Counted from the first letter of the stretch, positions 47,228 to 57,671 are shown. The stretch is 64,000 nt of DNA from an uncultured Actinomycetes bacterium (GCA_963767005.1 CAVYCN010000004.1:1-64000), one strand, 5' to 3'. Numbers and translations: made by a program. The notes: generated by a model from the sequence alone, not told the origin.

Positions 47228-48055
47228 CTACGACGCCGCCTCGGCCGACTCGCGCCCCGCGCCGCGCGCCGCGCGCGCCGGTACCGCGACCGGCACCAGC
47301 AGCAGCGGGCACGGCGCCTCGTCGAGGAGGGTGTGCACGAAGGGCGAGCGCCCCGAGCTGAAGACCCCGGTCCAGGCCAGCACGATGAGGTCGGCAGGCG
47401 GACGGCTGGCTTCGTCGATGATCACCGCGGGCGGCTCGCCGACGCGCAGCACGGTGCGATGGCGACCGCCCTCGGGGCAGGTCGCGAAGCGCATCGTGAA
47501 CTCCTCGTGCCACGACGACCACTCGTAGTGCTCCTGGTCGACCATGCGCGGCGCCGGCATGCTGCCGGGCTCGTCGGGGGTGTCGATCGTGCCGACGTGG
47601 AGCACGACGATCTCGCGGCCGCGGCGGCAGAACGCCTCTTCGGTGAGGCGCATCGCCTCAGAGCTCGACGGGCTACCCTCGAGCGGCACCACGAGGCGGC
47701 GCAGCGCCGCGAGCGGGCGCATGCCCGGGCGCAACACGAACAGGGGCTGCGGCGCGCGGGCGAGCAGGGCGTCGGCCACACGGCCGACGCCCTGCTCGCC
47801 CGCCCGCCGCGAAACGAAGGCGATCACGTCGTCGTCGCCCGCGGCCGCCAGGGCGACCGTGGCCGGCTCACCGACCGCCTCGTCGACCGCAACGCTCGCC
47901 GCGAGCGCCGCCGGGAGCCGCAGGTCGGCCGCCGCGGCGCTCGGCTTGACGTGGAGCCCGCGTAGCGGCCAGCCGCCGGCGTGCGCCAGCGCGCCCGCCG
48001 ACACCAGCAGCTCCTCGTCCTCGGAGACCGCTTCGAGCAACACGAGCAGGTTCAT
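47228..48055 (-). CDS. Universal stress protein (tandem USP)
   Basis: LVVPLEGS, GEP, DLIVL, APCPLLLVP; ATGA overlap with the GH65 stop. Confidence 0.85.
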   Translation of the reverse strand: MNLLVLLEAVSEDEELLVSAGALAHAGGWPLRGLHVKPSAAAADLRLPAALAASVAVDEAVGEPATVALAAAGDDDVIAFVSRRAGEQGVGRVADALLARAPQPLFVLRPGMRPLAALRRLVVPLEGSPSSSEAMRLTEEAFCRRGREIVVLHVGTIDTPDEPGSMPAPRMVDQEHYEWSSWHEEFTMRFATCPEGGRHRTVLRVGEPPAVIIDEASRPPADLIVLAWTGVFSSGRSPFVHTLLDEAPCPLLLVPVAVPARAARGAGRESAEAAS

Positions 48056-51000
48056 GTCGTCTCCTCCCAGGTTCCCCTCGGGCCCTTGCGGAAGTGGTGC
48101 TCGCCGCTTGCTAGGCGGCGCTTGCGGCGCCCCACGCGGACGGTGACCGGTCCACCGTCGACGGTGAGATCGAGTCGCTCGCCGGTGGCTGCGACGCGGT
48201 AGCGCGCGCCTCTGAACTGCACGGTGTAGTCGAACGAGCTCCACTCCTCGGGCAGGTGCGGGTCGATCACGAGCGTCTCGTCGTCGCGCCGCACCCCGCC
48301 GAAGCCCATGACCGCCGCCTGCCACAGCCCGCCCATGGTGGCCATGTGGAGGCCGCGGGCCGCGTTGCCCATGTTGTCGGACAGGTCGATGTCTGAGGCC
48401 ATGCGGAACGCCTCGAAGGCGAGGCGCGTGTCGCCGAGGCGAGCCGCCAGAGCGGCGTGGATTGCCGGCGACAGTGAGCTGCCGTGGCTCGTGATGGGCT
48501 CGTAGTAGCGCAGGTTGGCCTGCGCCACGTCGGGCGGGATCTCGTTCGAGAGGACGTAGCAGAGCATGACGACGTCGGCCTGCTTCACGACCTTGGAGTT
48601 GAGCGTCACATCGCGCCCGAGCAGCAGGTCGGCCGCCATCGGCCGCGCCGCGAGGGCGGCCGGGTCGACGTCGGCCAGGCCGTAGAAGCCGGCGAACTGC
48701 TCGTAGAGCCTGGTGGCCGGGTCGAAGCCGTCGACGAGCGCGTCGGCCACGTTGCGCCAGTGGGTGAGCTCGCCGGGCGTGAGGCCGACGCGCTCGCCGA
48801 GCGCCGCCGCGCGTGCGGGGTCGCGCGCCGCGAGCCACGGGTAGGCATCGAGGGCGCGCTCGATGTTGGAGCGGGCCAGGACGTTCGTGTAGGCGTTGTC
48901 GTCGACGCCCTCGTGGTACTCGTCGGGCCCGACGACCAGAGGGATGTGAAAGCGGCCGAGCTCGTCGCGCGACGCGCGCGAGGCCCAGAAGCGCGCGGTC
49001 TCGAGCAGCAGCTCCACCCCCATGCGCTCCATGAACTCGTCATCGCCGGTGCACTTCCAGTACTCCCATACCGCCCAGGCGACGTCGGCCGAGATGTGGT
49101 GCTCGAGCAGGCCAGACAGGATGGGGATCATCTCGCCGTGCGGGCCGATGCCGTAGGGCGGGGTGGTCTCGGTGCCGCGGTCGGCCGACTCCCACGGAAA
49201 GAGCGCGCCCTTGTGACCCATGTCGCGCGCCTTCTTGCGGGCGCCGTCGAGGTTGCGGTAGCGGTACGAGAGCAGCGTGCGAGCCGTCTCGGGGTGCGTG
49301 TAGATGAAGTACGGCACGACGAAGATCTCGGTGTCCCAGAAGACGTGGTTGAAGTAGGACAGGCCCGACAGGCCGCGGGCGCCGACCGAGACGCTCTCCT
49401 TGGTCGGGTGGGCCGTGGACATCATGTGGAACATCGAGAATCGCAGGGCGAGCTCCGCGTGCGGGTCGCCGCCGACGGACACCGCGGCGCCGGCCCAGCG
49501 CTCGCGCCAGGCCGCCACGTGGCGTCGCAGGAGCTCGTCGAAGCCCTGCTCCTCGGCCCGGTGCAGCACGGTGAGCGCGGCAGAGGAGGCGGGCGGACGA
49601 TCCGCCGACGACACGAGCGCCGCGAAGCGGTCGATGGCGGCCGGCTCGTCGCAGTCGAGCCGCCCGCCGATCACGTCGCGCGAGCGCTCCAGGTAGCGCG
49701 CCACCGGCGAGCCCGACGCCGGCCGGGTCGACACGGCGAGCACATGGCCGCCGCCCTTGCGCCCCTTGGTGCGCGTCACGAAGCCGGTCCCGTCGAGCCA
49801 AGCCAGCGCGGCCTCGTACATCGGCCCCCCGGCATGCGAGACGCCGATGCAGGCCTCCCACACGAGGCGACCGCAGAAGTCCTCGGGACTCGCCTCGGCC
49901 CGCAGGACCATGATCGCGCGGTCGGCGAGCGAGGCGAAGCGCGCCGTGCGCACCCGTACCGTGCGACCCACGCGGTCGCGCTGGCGCCAGTAGCGAAAGA
50001 CGATGCCCTGGCGCATGTCGAGGACGCGGCGATGCTCGACCACCTCGCCGTTGGTCAGCGTGAGCGGCATGCCCTCGACGAGCAGCCGCAGGCACAGCCA
50101 GTCGGGCGCCGTGACCGGCTGGCGGATGTGCAGGTCGCCGGTGTCGTCGCCGTAGACGCCGGCCACGAAGGTCGCCGGCGTCGAGGCCGGCGAGCCCTCC
50201 TCGAGCGAGCCGCGCGTGCCGCTCTCGCCGTTGGCGACGGTGAGCCAGGTCTCGACCTCGCGCTCGCGGAACGGGTCGAAGCCTTCGACCTGGAAGAGCC
50301 AGTCGGTCTGCGTCGTGGGCGACGGGAAGCTCTCGAGCACACGCGCCTCGCGCAGCTCGATCTGCTCGTCGAGCACGCCGAGCACGGTGGCCGGCCCTCC
50401 GCCGAGCGCCCGCACGCCCCGGCGGGCGCCGTCGGCGTGCTCGCCGACCGCCGCGAAGGCCGCGCCGTGCAGCTCCGGGATCATGAGCCGCGCCGCGGGA
50501 CAGCCGGGCTCGCCGTCGGCGCCGAAGCCGTCGGCCACGACGAGCACCTCGCGGGCGTCGTAGTCGCGGTAGCGCACGATCCACTGCAGCAGCCAGCGCA
50601 TGCTGTCGGCGAAGTCGGTGTGCGAGAGCTCGAGCAGGCCGTCGCGCCAGGCGACGCGCGGCCGCGAGACGCCGGCGCCGCGCGCCAGGCGCGTGGCGAG
50701 CGCGACGAGCGCGGCCGGCCCGGACAGGCCGGCGGCCGCCAGACGCTCGTCGAGCACTCCGTCGACCGAGCCGCGGCTCACGTTCAGGCGCCGCCGCCAG
50801 CGATCGCCACCGGCCGGGCGCGCCGGCAGGCCCCGCGCCGCCAGGTCGTCGCGCACTGCGGCCAGGGCATGGGAGAGCCGCTCGTCCTCGTCGGCGCTCA
50901 CCAAACGGCGCTCGATCAGGCGCGGGCCGGCCGAGCCGGCGACGTAGGCCTCGGCGCCGTCGGAGAGCAGCAGGAAGAGCCGACCCTCGACGTCGGGCCG

Positions 51001-51213
51001 GGCGCGCAGGCGGGCATCGACGTCGCCGATGCCCGCCTGCGCGACGAGCGCGACATCGACCCCGAGCGAGGTCAGGCGCTCGATACGCTCCCGCAGCTCG
51101 AGGGGGGCGTCGTCGTCACCCTGCGGCGCCGCCGCCGCCCACTCCAGGCACACGACGCGGAAGGCTCGGCCCAGCAGGGTCGTTCCAGAGATGGTGGCAG
51201 CCGGCGGACGCAT
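48052..51213 (-). CDS. Glycoside hydrolase family 65 phosphorylase with degenerate N-terminal HAD-like domain
   Basis: ANG..GTRGS.EE, RGLSG..Y..HVFWDTEIF, GPDEYHE, KQADV, HGSSLS, GLHMATMGG. Confidence 0.92.
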   Translation of the reverse strand: MRPPAATISGTTLLGRAFRVVCLEWAAAAPQGDDDAPLELRERIERLTSLGVDVALVAQAGIGDVDARLRARPDVEGRLFLLLSDGAEAYVAGSAGPRLIERRLVSADEDERLSHALAAVRDDLAARGLPARPAGGDRWRRRLNVSRGSVDGVLDERLAAAGLSGPAALVALATRLARGAGVSRPRVAWRDGLLELSHTDFADSMRWLLQWIVRYRDYDAREVLVVADGFGADGEPGCPAARLMIPELHGAAFAAVGEHADGARRGVRALGGGPATVLGVLDEQIELREARVLESFPSPTTQTDWLFQVEGFDPFREREVETWLTVANGESGTRGSLEEGSPASTPATFVAGVYGDDTGDLHIRQPVTAPDWLCLRLLVEGMPLTLTNGEVVEHRRVLDMRQGIVFRYWRQRDRVGRTVRVRTARFASLADRAIMVLRAEASPEDFCGRLVWEACIGVSHAGGPMYEAALAWLDGTGFVTRTKGRKGGGHVLAVSTRPASGSPVARYLERSRDVIGGRLDCDEPAAIDRFAALVSSADRPPASSAALTVLHRAEEQGFDELLRRHVAAWRERWAGAAVSVGGDPHAELALRFSMFHMMSTAHPTKESVSVGARGLSGLSYFNHVFWDTEIFVVPYFIYTHPETARTLLSYRYRNLDGARKKARDMGHKGALFPWESADRGTETTPPYGIGPHGEMIPILSGLLEHHISADVAWAVWEYWKCTGDDEFMERMGVELLLETARFWASRASRDELGRFHIPLVVGPDEYHEGVDDNAYTNVLARSNIERALDAYPWLAARDPARAAALGERVGLTPGELTHWRNVADALVDGFDPATRLYEQFAGFYGLADVDPAALAARPMAADLLLGRDVTLNSKVVKQADVVMLCYVLSNEIPPDVAQANLRYYEPITSHGSSLSPAIHAALAARLGDTRLAFEAFRMASDIDLSDNMGNAARGLHMATMGGLWQAAVMGFGGVRRDDETLVIDPHLPEEWSSFDYTVQFRGARYRVAATGERLDLTVDGGPVTVRVGRRKRRLASGEHHFRKGPRGTWEETT

Positions 51214-51294
51214 CGTTTCCCCGTACACAGGTTCGCGCGGGTCTTTCCCGCCCAACGCCTATCGTACGCCACGCGGCCGGGCTGCGGGCGGTCA

Positions 51295-51334
51295 GGGCGG
51301 CGGACGGCGCCCCGCGGGGCGCCGTCCGCCGCCC
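51295..51334. terminator. 40-bp perfect palindrome just downstream of htrA (terminator-like)
   Basis: Checked around centre 51314/51315; 6 nt from the stop at 51341. Confidence 0.7.
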
Positions 51335-51340
51335 GCTCTT

Positions 51341-52531
51341 CTAGAACACGCTCGGCCGGGTGCCCAGCGTCACCTGCAGGGTGATCGTCTGAGAGCCCCT
51401 GACCAGCGTCACCTTCACCCGAGCGCCCGGCTTGTGCGCCGTGACGAACGCCGAGAGGTCGTCGTTGCTGCTCACGGCGGTGCCGTCGACCTTCGTGATG
51501 ACGTCGCCGCCGGTCACGTAGACCTGGTCCTGGAGGGCGACCTGCTTGCTACCGCCGCGGATGCCGGCTTTGGCCGCCGGGCTGCCGCCCTCGACGCTCG
51601 CCACGAGCACGCCCTGCGTGACCTTGAGACCGAGCGCCTTGGCCACGTCGGGCGACACGGTCTGGCCCGAGACGCCAAACCAGGCGTAGACCGCCTTGCC
51701 GGTCTTCTCGATCTGATCCATCACGCTCACCGCGGTGTCGATCGGCACGGCGAACCCGAGCCCCTGGTTGCCGCCCGACTGCGAGGCGATCTGCTCGTTG
51801 ATGCCGATCACCTTGCCCGCCCCGTCGATCAGCGGCCCGCCGGAGTTGCCTTCGTTGATGGCCGCGTCGGTCTGGATGCCGTTCGAGATGGTCGAGCCGT
51901 TCGGCGATTGCAGGTTGCGGTCGGTGGCCGACACGATGCCCGAGGTGAGCGTGAAGTCGTAGCCGAGTGGGTTGCCGATCGCCACGACGGGCTCGCCGAC
52001 CTGGACGGCGCTCGAGTCGCCGAGCGGCAGCGGGTCGAGCTTCGCCGTCCCGGCCGGGTCGACCTTGAGCACGGCGACGTCGCTCGTCTCGTCGATGCCG
52101 ACGATCGTCGCCGTGACCGGCGTCGTCTGCGAGCCCGCGCCCTTGAAGACGACCGACACCTTGCTCGCCGCGCGGCCGTCGCTCGAGACCACGTGGGCGT
52201 TCGTCAGGATGTAGCCCTGGTGCGACACGACGAAGCCCGAGCCCAGCGCCTGGGACTGACCCGTGACGGGCCCGAAGAAGGTCTGCTGGGTCGTCTGCAG
52301 GGTCGAGACCACCTCGACCACGCCCGACGATTCGCGTTGGTAGATCTCGGCCGGGGTGAGGGCGGCCGTGGCGCCGGCCGACACGGCCGGCGCCACGGCC
52401 GTGTCCCTCACCACCGTCGTCTTTTGCGAGCGCACCGGCAGGACGCCGGTCGCCATCAGGACGACCACGACGATGGCGCTGACGGCCACGCCCGAGACGA
52501 ACGTAAGCGCATACGATCGCAGTCGACCCAT
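51341..52531 (-). CDS. htrA: Membrane-anchored HtrA/DegP serine protease with PDZ domain
   Basis: N-terminal TM, LGSGF, TNAHVV, SDVAV, GNSGG, PDZ; SD GGAG. Confidence 0.93.
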   Translation of the reverse strand: MGRLRSYALTFVSGVAVSAIVVVVLMATGVLPVRSQKTTVVRDTAVAPAVSAGATAALTPAEIYQRESSGVVEVVSTLQTTQQTFFGPVTGQSQALGSGFVVSHQGYILTNAHVVSSDGRAASKVSVVFKGAGSQTTPVTATIVGIDETSDVAVLKVDPAGTAKLDPLPLGDSSAVQVGEPVVAIGNPLGYDFTLTSGIVSATDRNLQSPNGSTISNGIQTDAAINEGNSGGPLIDGAGKVIGINEQIASQSGGNQGLGFAVPIDTAVSVMDQIEKTGKAVYAWFGVSGQTVSPDVAKALGLKVTQGVLVASVEGGSPAAKAGIRGGSKQVALQDQVYVTGGDVITKVDGTAVSSNDDLSAFVTAHKPGARVKVTLVRGSQTITLQVTLGTRPSVF

Positions 52532-52564
52532 GCTCCTGCCTCCTCACCCGCCGCATTTCGACTC

Positions 52565-52618
52565 TGTGTAGTCGGCTTCGCTGTGAAGGAGCTGTGGTCG
52601 ACCTTGGGCCGCTCTGAG
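52565..52618 (-). promoter_or_regulatory. 11-bp-period direct repeats and -10 for htrA
   Basis: Minus strand CTCAG/CCAAG/CACAG/CACAG at 52614, 52603, 52592, 52581; TACACA 10 nt downstream. Confidence 0.65.
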
Positions 52619-52684
52619 AATCCGAGCTGCTTCGTGCCGACGGGCCCGATGGTCACCCCGCCCCTCCACGATGCACACGACCAC

Positions 52685-52727
52685 CACAGAATCTTCTCAG
52701 CACCTCCACAGCAAACGACCGTACAAT
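52685..52727 (+). promoter_or_regulatory. 11-bp-period direct repeats and -10 for the regulator operon
   Basis: CACAG (52685), CTCAG (52696), CACAG (52707); TACAAT 52722-52727. Confidence 0.72.
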
Positions 52728-52793
52728 GCCCTCCAGCGGGCGTGAACGTGTCGCGGGCCACGCCGTGAGGGTCGGCGAGCGAGGAGGCACACG

Positions 52794-53486
52794 GTGAGCG
52801 ACAACCCCAAGATCCTGGTCGTCGACGACGAAGAGAGCCTGACCGACCTGATCGGCCTTGCGCTGCGCTACGAGCAGTTCGAGGTCGACGTCGCCCACAC
52901 GGCCCGAGTCGCTCTCGGCAAGGTCACGAGTTTCCGGCCCGACCTCGTCGTGCTCGACGTCATGCTGCCCGACCAGGACGGCTTCGAGGTCGCGCGCCGT
53001 ATGGCGGCCGAGTCGCCGTCGACACCCGTCCTGTTCCTCACCGCCCGTGACGGCACCGAGGACAAGGTGCGGGGCCTCACGCTGGGCGGCGACGACTACA
53101 TGACCAAGCCCTTCAGCCTCGAGGAGCTCGTCGCCCGCATCCGCGCCATCCTGCGCCGCACGCGCCCGGCCGAAGGCGACCACCAGCGCCTCGTCTACTC
53201 CGACCTCGAAATGGACGAGGACACCTACGAGGTGCGCCGCGGCGGGCAGCGCATCGACCTGACCGCGACCGAGTACAAGCTGCTGCGCTACCTCATGCTC
53301 AACCGCCGCCGCGTGCTCTCGAAGGCGCAGATCCTCGACCACGTCTGGAACTACGACTTCGCCGGCGACGCCAACGTGGTCGAGATCTACATCAGCTATC
53401 TGCGCAAGAAGCTCGACCCCACCGGCCCACCGCTGATCCACACCGTGCGCGGCTTCGGCTACTGCCTGCGCGACGCGCACGACTGA
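52794..53486 (+). CDS. OmpR/PhoP-family response regulator
   Basis: ILVVDDE, LDVMLP, FLTAR, DDYMTKPF, winged helix HTVRGFGY. Confidence 0.96.
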   Translation: MSDNPKILVVDDEESLTDLIGLALRYEQFEVDVAHTARVALGKVTSFRPDLVVLDVMLPDQDGFEVARRMAAESPSTPVLFLTARDGTEDKVRGLTLGGDDYMTKPFSLEELVARIRAILRRTRPAEGDHQRLVYSDLEMDEDTYEVRRGGQRIDLTATEYKLLRYLMLNRRRVLSKAQILDHVWNYDFAGDANVVEIYISYLRKKLDPTGPPLIHTVRGFGYCLRDAHD

Positions 53487-53508
53487 CGGCCGGCAGAAAG
53501 GGATCCGC

Positions 53509-55068
53509 TTGTCGCTCCGCCTGCGCCTGCTGCTCGCCTTGGTCGGCCTCGTCGCCGTCGGCCTCCTCGTGGCCGATGGCGCCACGTACCTGTCGCTGCA
53601 CTCGTTCCTGCTGAACCGCGTCGACCAGCAGCTCGTCTCGGCGGAGTTCCCCGTGCTCCACGCGCTCGAGGACAGCGCAGGCAACGGCTTCCCCGGCGTG
53701 CCGAGCGTCCCCGAGGGTGAATCGGCCAACCTCCCGCCCGGCACGTACGGTTGCGTGCTCACCGGCGGCGGTCAGATCGTCGCCCAGTACACGTTCAGCT
53801 ACGGCGGCAGGTCCTACGCGACGCCCTCGCTGCCGGCCGGCTTCCCCCAGAGTGTGGCACGTCACGGTGGCCAGCAGACCATCACGGTGAACGCCGCCGG
53901 CTCGTCGCTCCAGTTCCGCGTGATCGGCCACAGTCTGACGAGCGCCGCGACGGGCACGACTTACACGCTCGTGGCGGCCATCCCTCTGACCGAGGAGGCT
54001 CAGACTCAGCAGCACCTGGTTCTGATCGAGGCCAGCGTCACGCTCGCCGTCCTCGTCGGCCTGGGTCTGCTCGCCTGGTGGATCGTACGCCGCGAGCTGC
54101 GCCCGCTCGACGACATGGCCGCCACAGCCGGCGCGATCGCCGCCGGCGACCTGACGCGCCGCGTCGACCGCGCCGACGACCGCACCGAGGTGGGGCGTCT
54201 GGGCACGGCGCTGAACGCGATGCTCACGCAGATCGAAGAGGCCTTCACCCGCCAGCACAACTCCGAGAACGCCCTGCGGCGGTTCCTCGCCCAGGCGTCG
54301 CATGAGCTGCGCACGCCACTGGCGTCGGTCCGCGGCTACGCCGAGCTCTTCCGCCGCGGCGCGCGCGAGCGCCCCGAGGACCTCGACCTGGCGATGCGTC
54401 GTATCGAGCAGGAGGCGGCGCGCATGGGCGTGCTCGTCGAGGACCTTCTGCTGCTTGCCCGCCTCGACGAGGGGCGCGTCCTCGACCGCCGGCCGGTCGA
54501 CCTCACCCAGCTCGCCGCCGACGCCGCCGCCGACGCCCGCATCGTGGCGCCGGGTCGCGACCTGTCGGTCGAGCAGACCGGCCCCGTGACCGTGGCCGGT
54601 GACGAGAGCCGCCTGCGCCAGGTGCTCGGCAACCTCGTGACGAACGCCCTGCGCCACGGCGGACCCGACGCCCGCGTCCGGCTGCGCACGAGCGTGGCCG
54701 GCGACCAGGGCGTCCTCGAGGTGAGCGACGACGGGTTCGGCATGCGCCCCGAGGTCGCGGCGCGCGCGTTCGAGCCCTTCTACCGGCCTGAGGAGTCGCG
54801 CGCCCGCGGCGAGGGCACGGCCGGCCTCGGCCTGTCGATCGTCGCCGCCATCGCCGAGGCGCACGGCGGCCACGTCGAGCTCGAGACCGCCCCCGGCCTT
54901 GGCGCCACCTTCCGCGTGCTCCTGCCGCTCGGCGCGGCCGCCGAAGGCTCGGCAGCCACGAGCGCCCTCGCCTGGACGCCGCACGACGCGGGCCCCGACA
55001 CGCCGGGCGAGCCGGCGACCGACGCCGACGGCGGTGACCGCGCTCCGGCCGGCGAACCGATAGACTAG
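53509..55068 (+). CDS. Sensor histidine kinase (2 TM, HAMP)
   Basis: SHELRTPL, NLVTNA, D.G.G, FEPFYR, GLGLSIV. Confidence 0.95.
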   Translation: MSLRLRLLLALVGLVAVGLLVADGATYLSLHSFLLNRVDQQLVSAEFPVLHALEDSAGNGFPGVPSVPEGESANLPPGTYGCVLTGGGQIVAQYTFSYGGRSYATPSLPAGFPQSVARHGGQQTITVNAAGSSLQFRVIGHSLTSAATGTTYTLVAAIPLTEEAQTQQHLVLIEASVTLAVLVGLGLLAWWIVRRELRPLDDMAATAGAIAAGDLTRRVDRADDRTEVGRLGTALNAMLTQIEEAFTRQHNSENALRRFLAQASHELRTPLASVRGYAELFRRGARERPEDLDLAMRRIEQEAARMGVLVEDLLLLARLDEGRVLDRRPVDLTQLAADAAADARIVAPGRDLSVEQTGPVTVAGDESRLRQVLGNLVTNALRHGGPDARVRLRTSVAGDQGVLEVSDDGFGMRPEVAARAFEPFYRPEESRARGEGTAGLGLSIVAAIAEAHGGHVELETAPGLGATFRVLLPLGAAAEGSAATSALAWTPHDAGPDTPGEPATDADGGDRAPAGEPID

Positions 55069-55165
55069 ACGCGGCGGCGGCGGCAGGGCCGGCACGCGCC
55101 GCCCGCCGGTCCCGCGCGAGCGGGCTCGGGCGCCGGGCCGGCCACGCTCGAGGAGCCGCACCGTC

Positions 55166-56521
55166 ATGAAGCTCGATGTCCCCTACGTCCGGCGGCAGTT
55201 CCCCGCCCTCGCGCGCACGGTCGACGGGCACCCCGTCGCCTACTTCGACAGCCCGGGCGGCACGCAGGTGCCGCAGCGCGTGGCCGACGCGGTGACCGAC
55301 TACCTGCTCGGGCACAACTCCAACACGCACGGGTTCTTCGCCTCGACGATCGAGACCGACCACATCCTGGCCGACGCCCGCGACGCCCTGGCCGACTTCC
55401 TTGGCTGCGACTGGGACGAGGTCGCCTTCGGCGCCAACACGACCACGCTCAACTTCCTGCTCGCCCACAGCCTGGTGCGCGACCTGCACGAGGGCGACGA
55501 GATCGTCCTCACTGAGATCGACCACGAGGCCAACCGCGGCCCCTGGGTGTCGCTCCAGGACCGCGGCGTCGTGCTGCGCGAGGTGCCGGTCGACCCCGTC
55601 ACCTGCACCCTCGACTGGGACGCCTTCGCCCGCCTCGTGAACGAGCGCACGCGGATCGTCGCCATCGTCTGGGCGAGCAACGCGGTCGGCACGATCAACG
55701 ACGTCGCCCAGGCCGTCGAGCTCGCCCATTCGGTGGGCGCCCTGGTCGTCGTAGATGCCGTGCATTACGCCCTGCACGGCGTGATCGACGTCGCCGCCCT
55801 GGGCTGCGACTTCCTGCTCTGCTCGGCCTACAAGTTCTTCGCGCCGCACGTCGGCGTGCTCTACGTGCGCCGCCAGGCGGCCGAGCTCGTACGGCCGCTG
55901 CGTCTGCGCACGCAGGCCCGCGAGACTCCCTTCAAGTTCGAGACCGGCACGCTGAACCACGAGGGCATCGCCGGCGCCGCAGCCGCGGTCGACTTCATCG
56001 CCGACCTCGGCCGCCACCACCTGCGGCGCGTGGCGGCCGACCCCGCGCTCGGCCCGCGCCTCGAAGGGCTCGAGGGCCGCCGCGGGCAGATCGTCGCCGG
56101 CATGCTGGCCTCCGAGGCGCACGAGCAGCCCCTGGCCCGGCACCTGATCGAGGGGCTGCGCGACACCCCCGGCGTCACCGTCTACGGCCCGCCCGACGGC
56201 CATCCCCGCACGTCGACCGTGGCCTTCACCATCGACGGCGTGCGGCCCGAAGAAGTCTGCCGGCGCCTCGGCAGCGAGGGGCTGTTCCTCTGGGACGGCC
56301 ATTTCTACGCCATCCGACTGGTCGAGCGCCTCGGCCTGATCGACGACGGCGGTCTGGTGCGCGCCGGCCTCGCCCCCTACACCACGCCACGCGAGGTCGA
56401 GCGGCTGCTGGCCGCGGTCCGGCGCCTGGCGCCGGGCGGACCGACGGCGCGGCGGGCGGCCCCGCGAACGGCCGGCGGCCGTGCGAGCCGCCGCCCGGCG
56501 CACCCCGCGGCCGACGCCTGA
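55166..56521 (+). CDS. Cysteine desulfurase-like protein (aminotransferase class V)
   Basis: RRQFPAL, YFDSPGGTQVP, DHEAN..PW, VDAVHY, CSAYKFF, FETGT. Confidence 0.9.
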   Translation: MKLDVPYVRRQFPALARTVDGHPVAYFDSPGGTQVPQRVADAVTDYLLGHNSNTHGFFASTIETDHILADARDALADFLGCDWDEVAFGANTTTLNFLLAHSLVRDLHEGDEIVLTEIDHEANRGPWVSLQDRGVVLREVPVDPVTCTLDWDAFARLVNERTRIVAIVWASNAVGTINDVAQAVELAHSVGALVVVDAVHYALHGVIDVAALGCDFLLCSAYKFFAPHVGVLYVRRQAAELVRPLRLRTQARETPFKFETGTLNHEGIAGAAAAVDFIADLGRHHLRRVAADPALGPRLEGLEGRRGQIVAGMLASEAHEQPLARHLIEGLRDTPGVTVYGPPDGHPRTSTVAFTIDGVRPEEVCRRLGSEGLFLWDGHFYAIRLVERLGLIDDGGLVRAGLAPYTTPREVERLLAAVRRLAPGGPTARRAAPRTAGGRASRRPAHPAADA

Positions 56522-56546
56522 GACCCGTTCCCAGGACCGTACCGCC

Positions 56547-57656
56547 ATGCCCGACCTCGTCACACGGTCGGTCTGCCTGCTGGGTTTCGGCAACGTAGGA
56601 CGACGGTTCTGCGAGCTCGTCGCCCGCAACGACGACGAGCTCGCCCGCCGTCACGGCCTGCGGCTGCGCTTCGTCGCCGTGGGTACCGGCTCGCACGGCA
56701 GCTTCGTCGGCTCCGCCGGCCTGAGCGCCGCCGAGGTGCTCGAGGTAGCCGAGGCAGGGCTGGCGGCCGCCGCCGAGCCGGACGTGAGCGGCCGCTCGAC
56801 TCCGGCGGCCGTCCTGTTCCCCGAATCGTCGCGGCGCGGCGCAGAGCTGATCGTGGCGAGCGGCGCCGACGTGCTCGTCGAGGCGACGCCGCTCGACCCA
56901 CACGGCGGCCGCGCGGCGATCGCTCACATCGAGGCCGCGCTCGCCGGCGGCGCCGACGTCGTCACCGTCAACAAGGGGCCGATCGCCTGGGACTACCGGC
57001 GGCTCGCCGACCTCGCGGCGGCGCGCGGCCGGCGCCTGCTGTTCGAGGGCACGGTCATGGACGGCTGTCCGGTCTTCGACCTGTTCCGCTCCTGCCTGCC
57101 CGGCTGCCGCTTGCTCGGCTTCGACGCCGTGTTCAACTCAACCACCAACTTCATCCTCGACGCGATGGGCGAGGGCGTCGGCTTCGCCGACGCCCTCGCC
57201 CAGGTCCAGGCCGCCGGCTACGCCGAGGCCGACCCCTCCCACGACATCGACGGCCACGACGCGGCTGCCAAGACGGCGGCCCTCGCCAACGTCCTCATGG
57301 AAGCCGCCATCACCCCGGACGACGTCGCCAAGGACACCATCCGCGACGTCACCGCCGAGCGAGTGGCGGCGGTCCGGGCGGCGGGCCGGCGCATGCGCGT
57401 CGTCTGCTCGGCCGGCAAGAGCGGAGCAGCGATCGCCGAACCTGGGCCGGGCGTGCGTCGGGACCGCCCGCCGGCCGTACGTCTGACCGAGCTCGGGCCC
57501 GACCACCCGCTGTACGCGGCGGGCGGCTCGACCCTGTCGGCCCTGCTGCACACTGACCTCATGGGCACCGTGCAGGTGGCCGAGCACGGCGCGCTCCCCG
57601 AGCAGACGGCCTACGCCGTCTACGCCGACCTGCTGGCGCTGCACGAAGGGCGCTAG
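56547..57656 (+). CDS. hom: Homoserine dehydrogenase
   Basis: LGFGNVG, VTVNKGP, FEGTVMDG.P, NSTTNFIL, GYAEADP..DIDG.DAAAK. Confidence 0.9.
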   Translation: MPDLVTRSVCLLGFGNVGRRFCELVARNDDELARRHGLRLRFVAVGTGSHGSFVGSAGLSAAEVLEVAEAGLAAAAEPDVSGRSTPAAVLFPESSRRGAELIVASGADVLVEATPLDPHGGRAAIAHIEAALAGGADVVTVNKGPIAWDYRRLADLAAARGRRLLFEGTVMDGCPVFDLFRSCLPGCRLLGFDAVFNSTTNFILDAMGEGVGFADALAQVQAAGYAEADPSHDIDGHDAAAKTAALANVLMEAAITPDDVAKDTIRDVTAERVAAVRAAGRRMRVVCSAGKSGAAIAEPGPGVRRDRPPAVRLTELGPDHPLYAAGGSTLSALLHTDLMGTVQVAEHGALPEQTAYAVYADLLALHEGR

Positions 57657-57671
57657 GCCCCGGGTCCCGCG

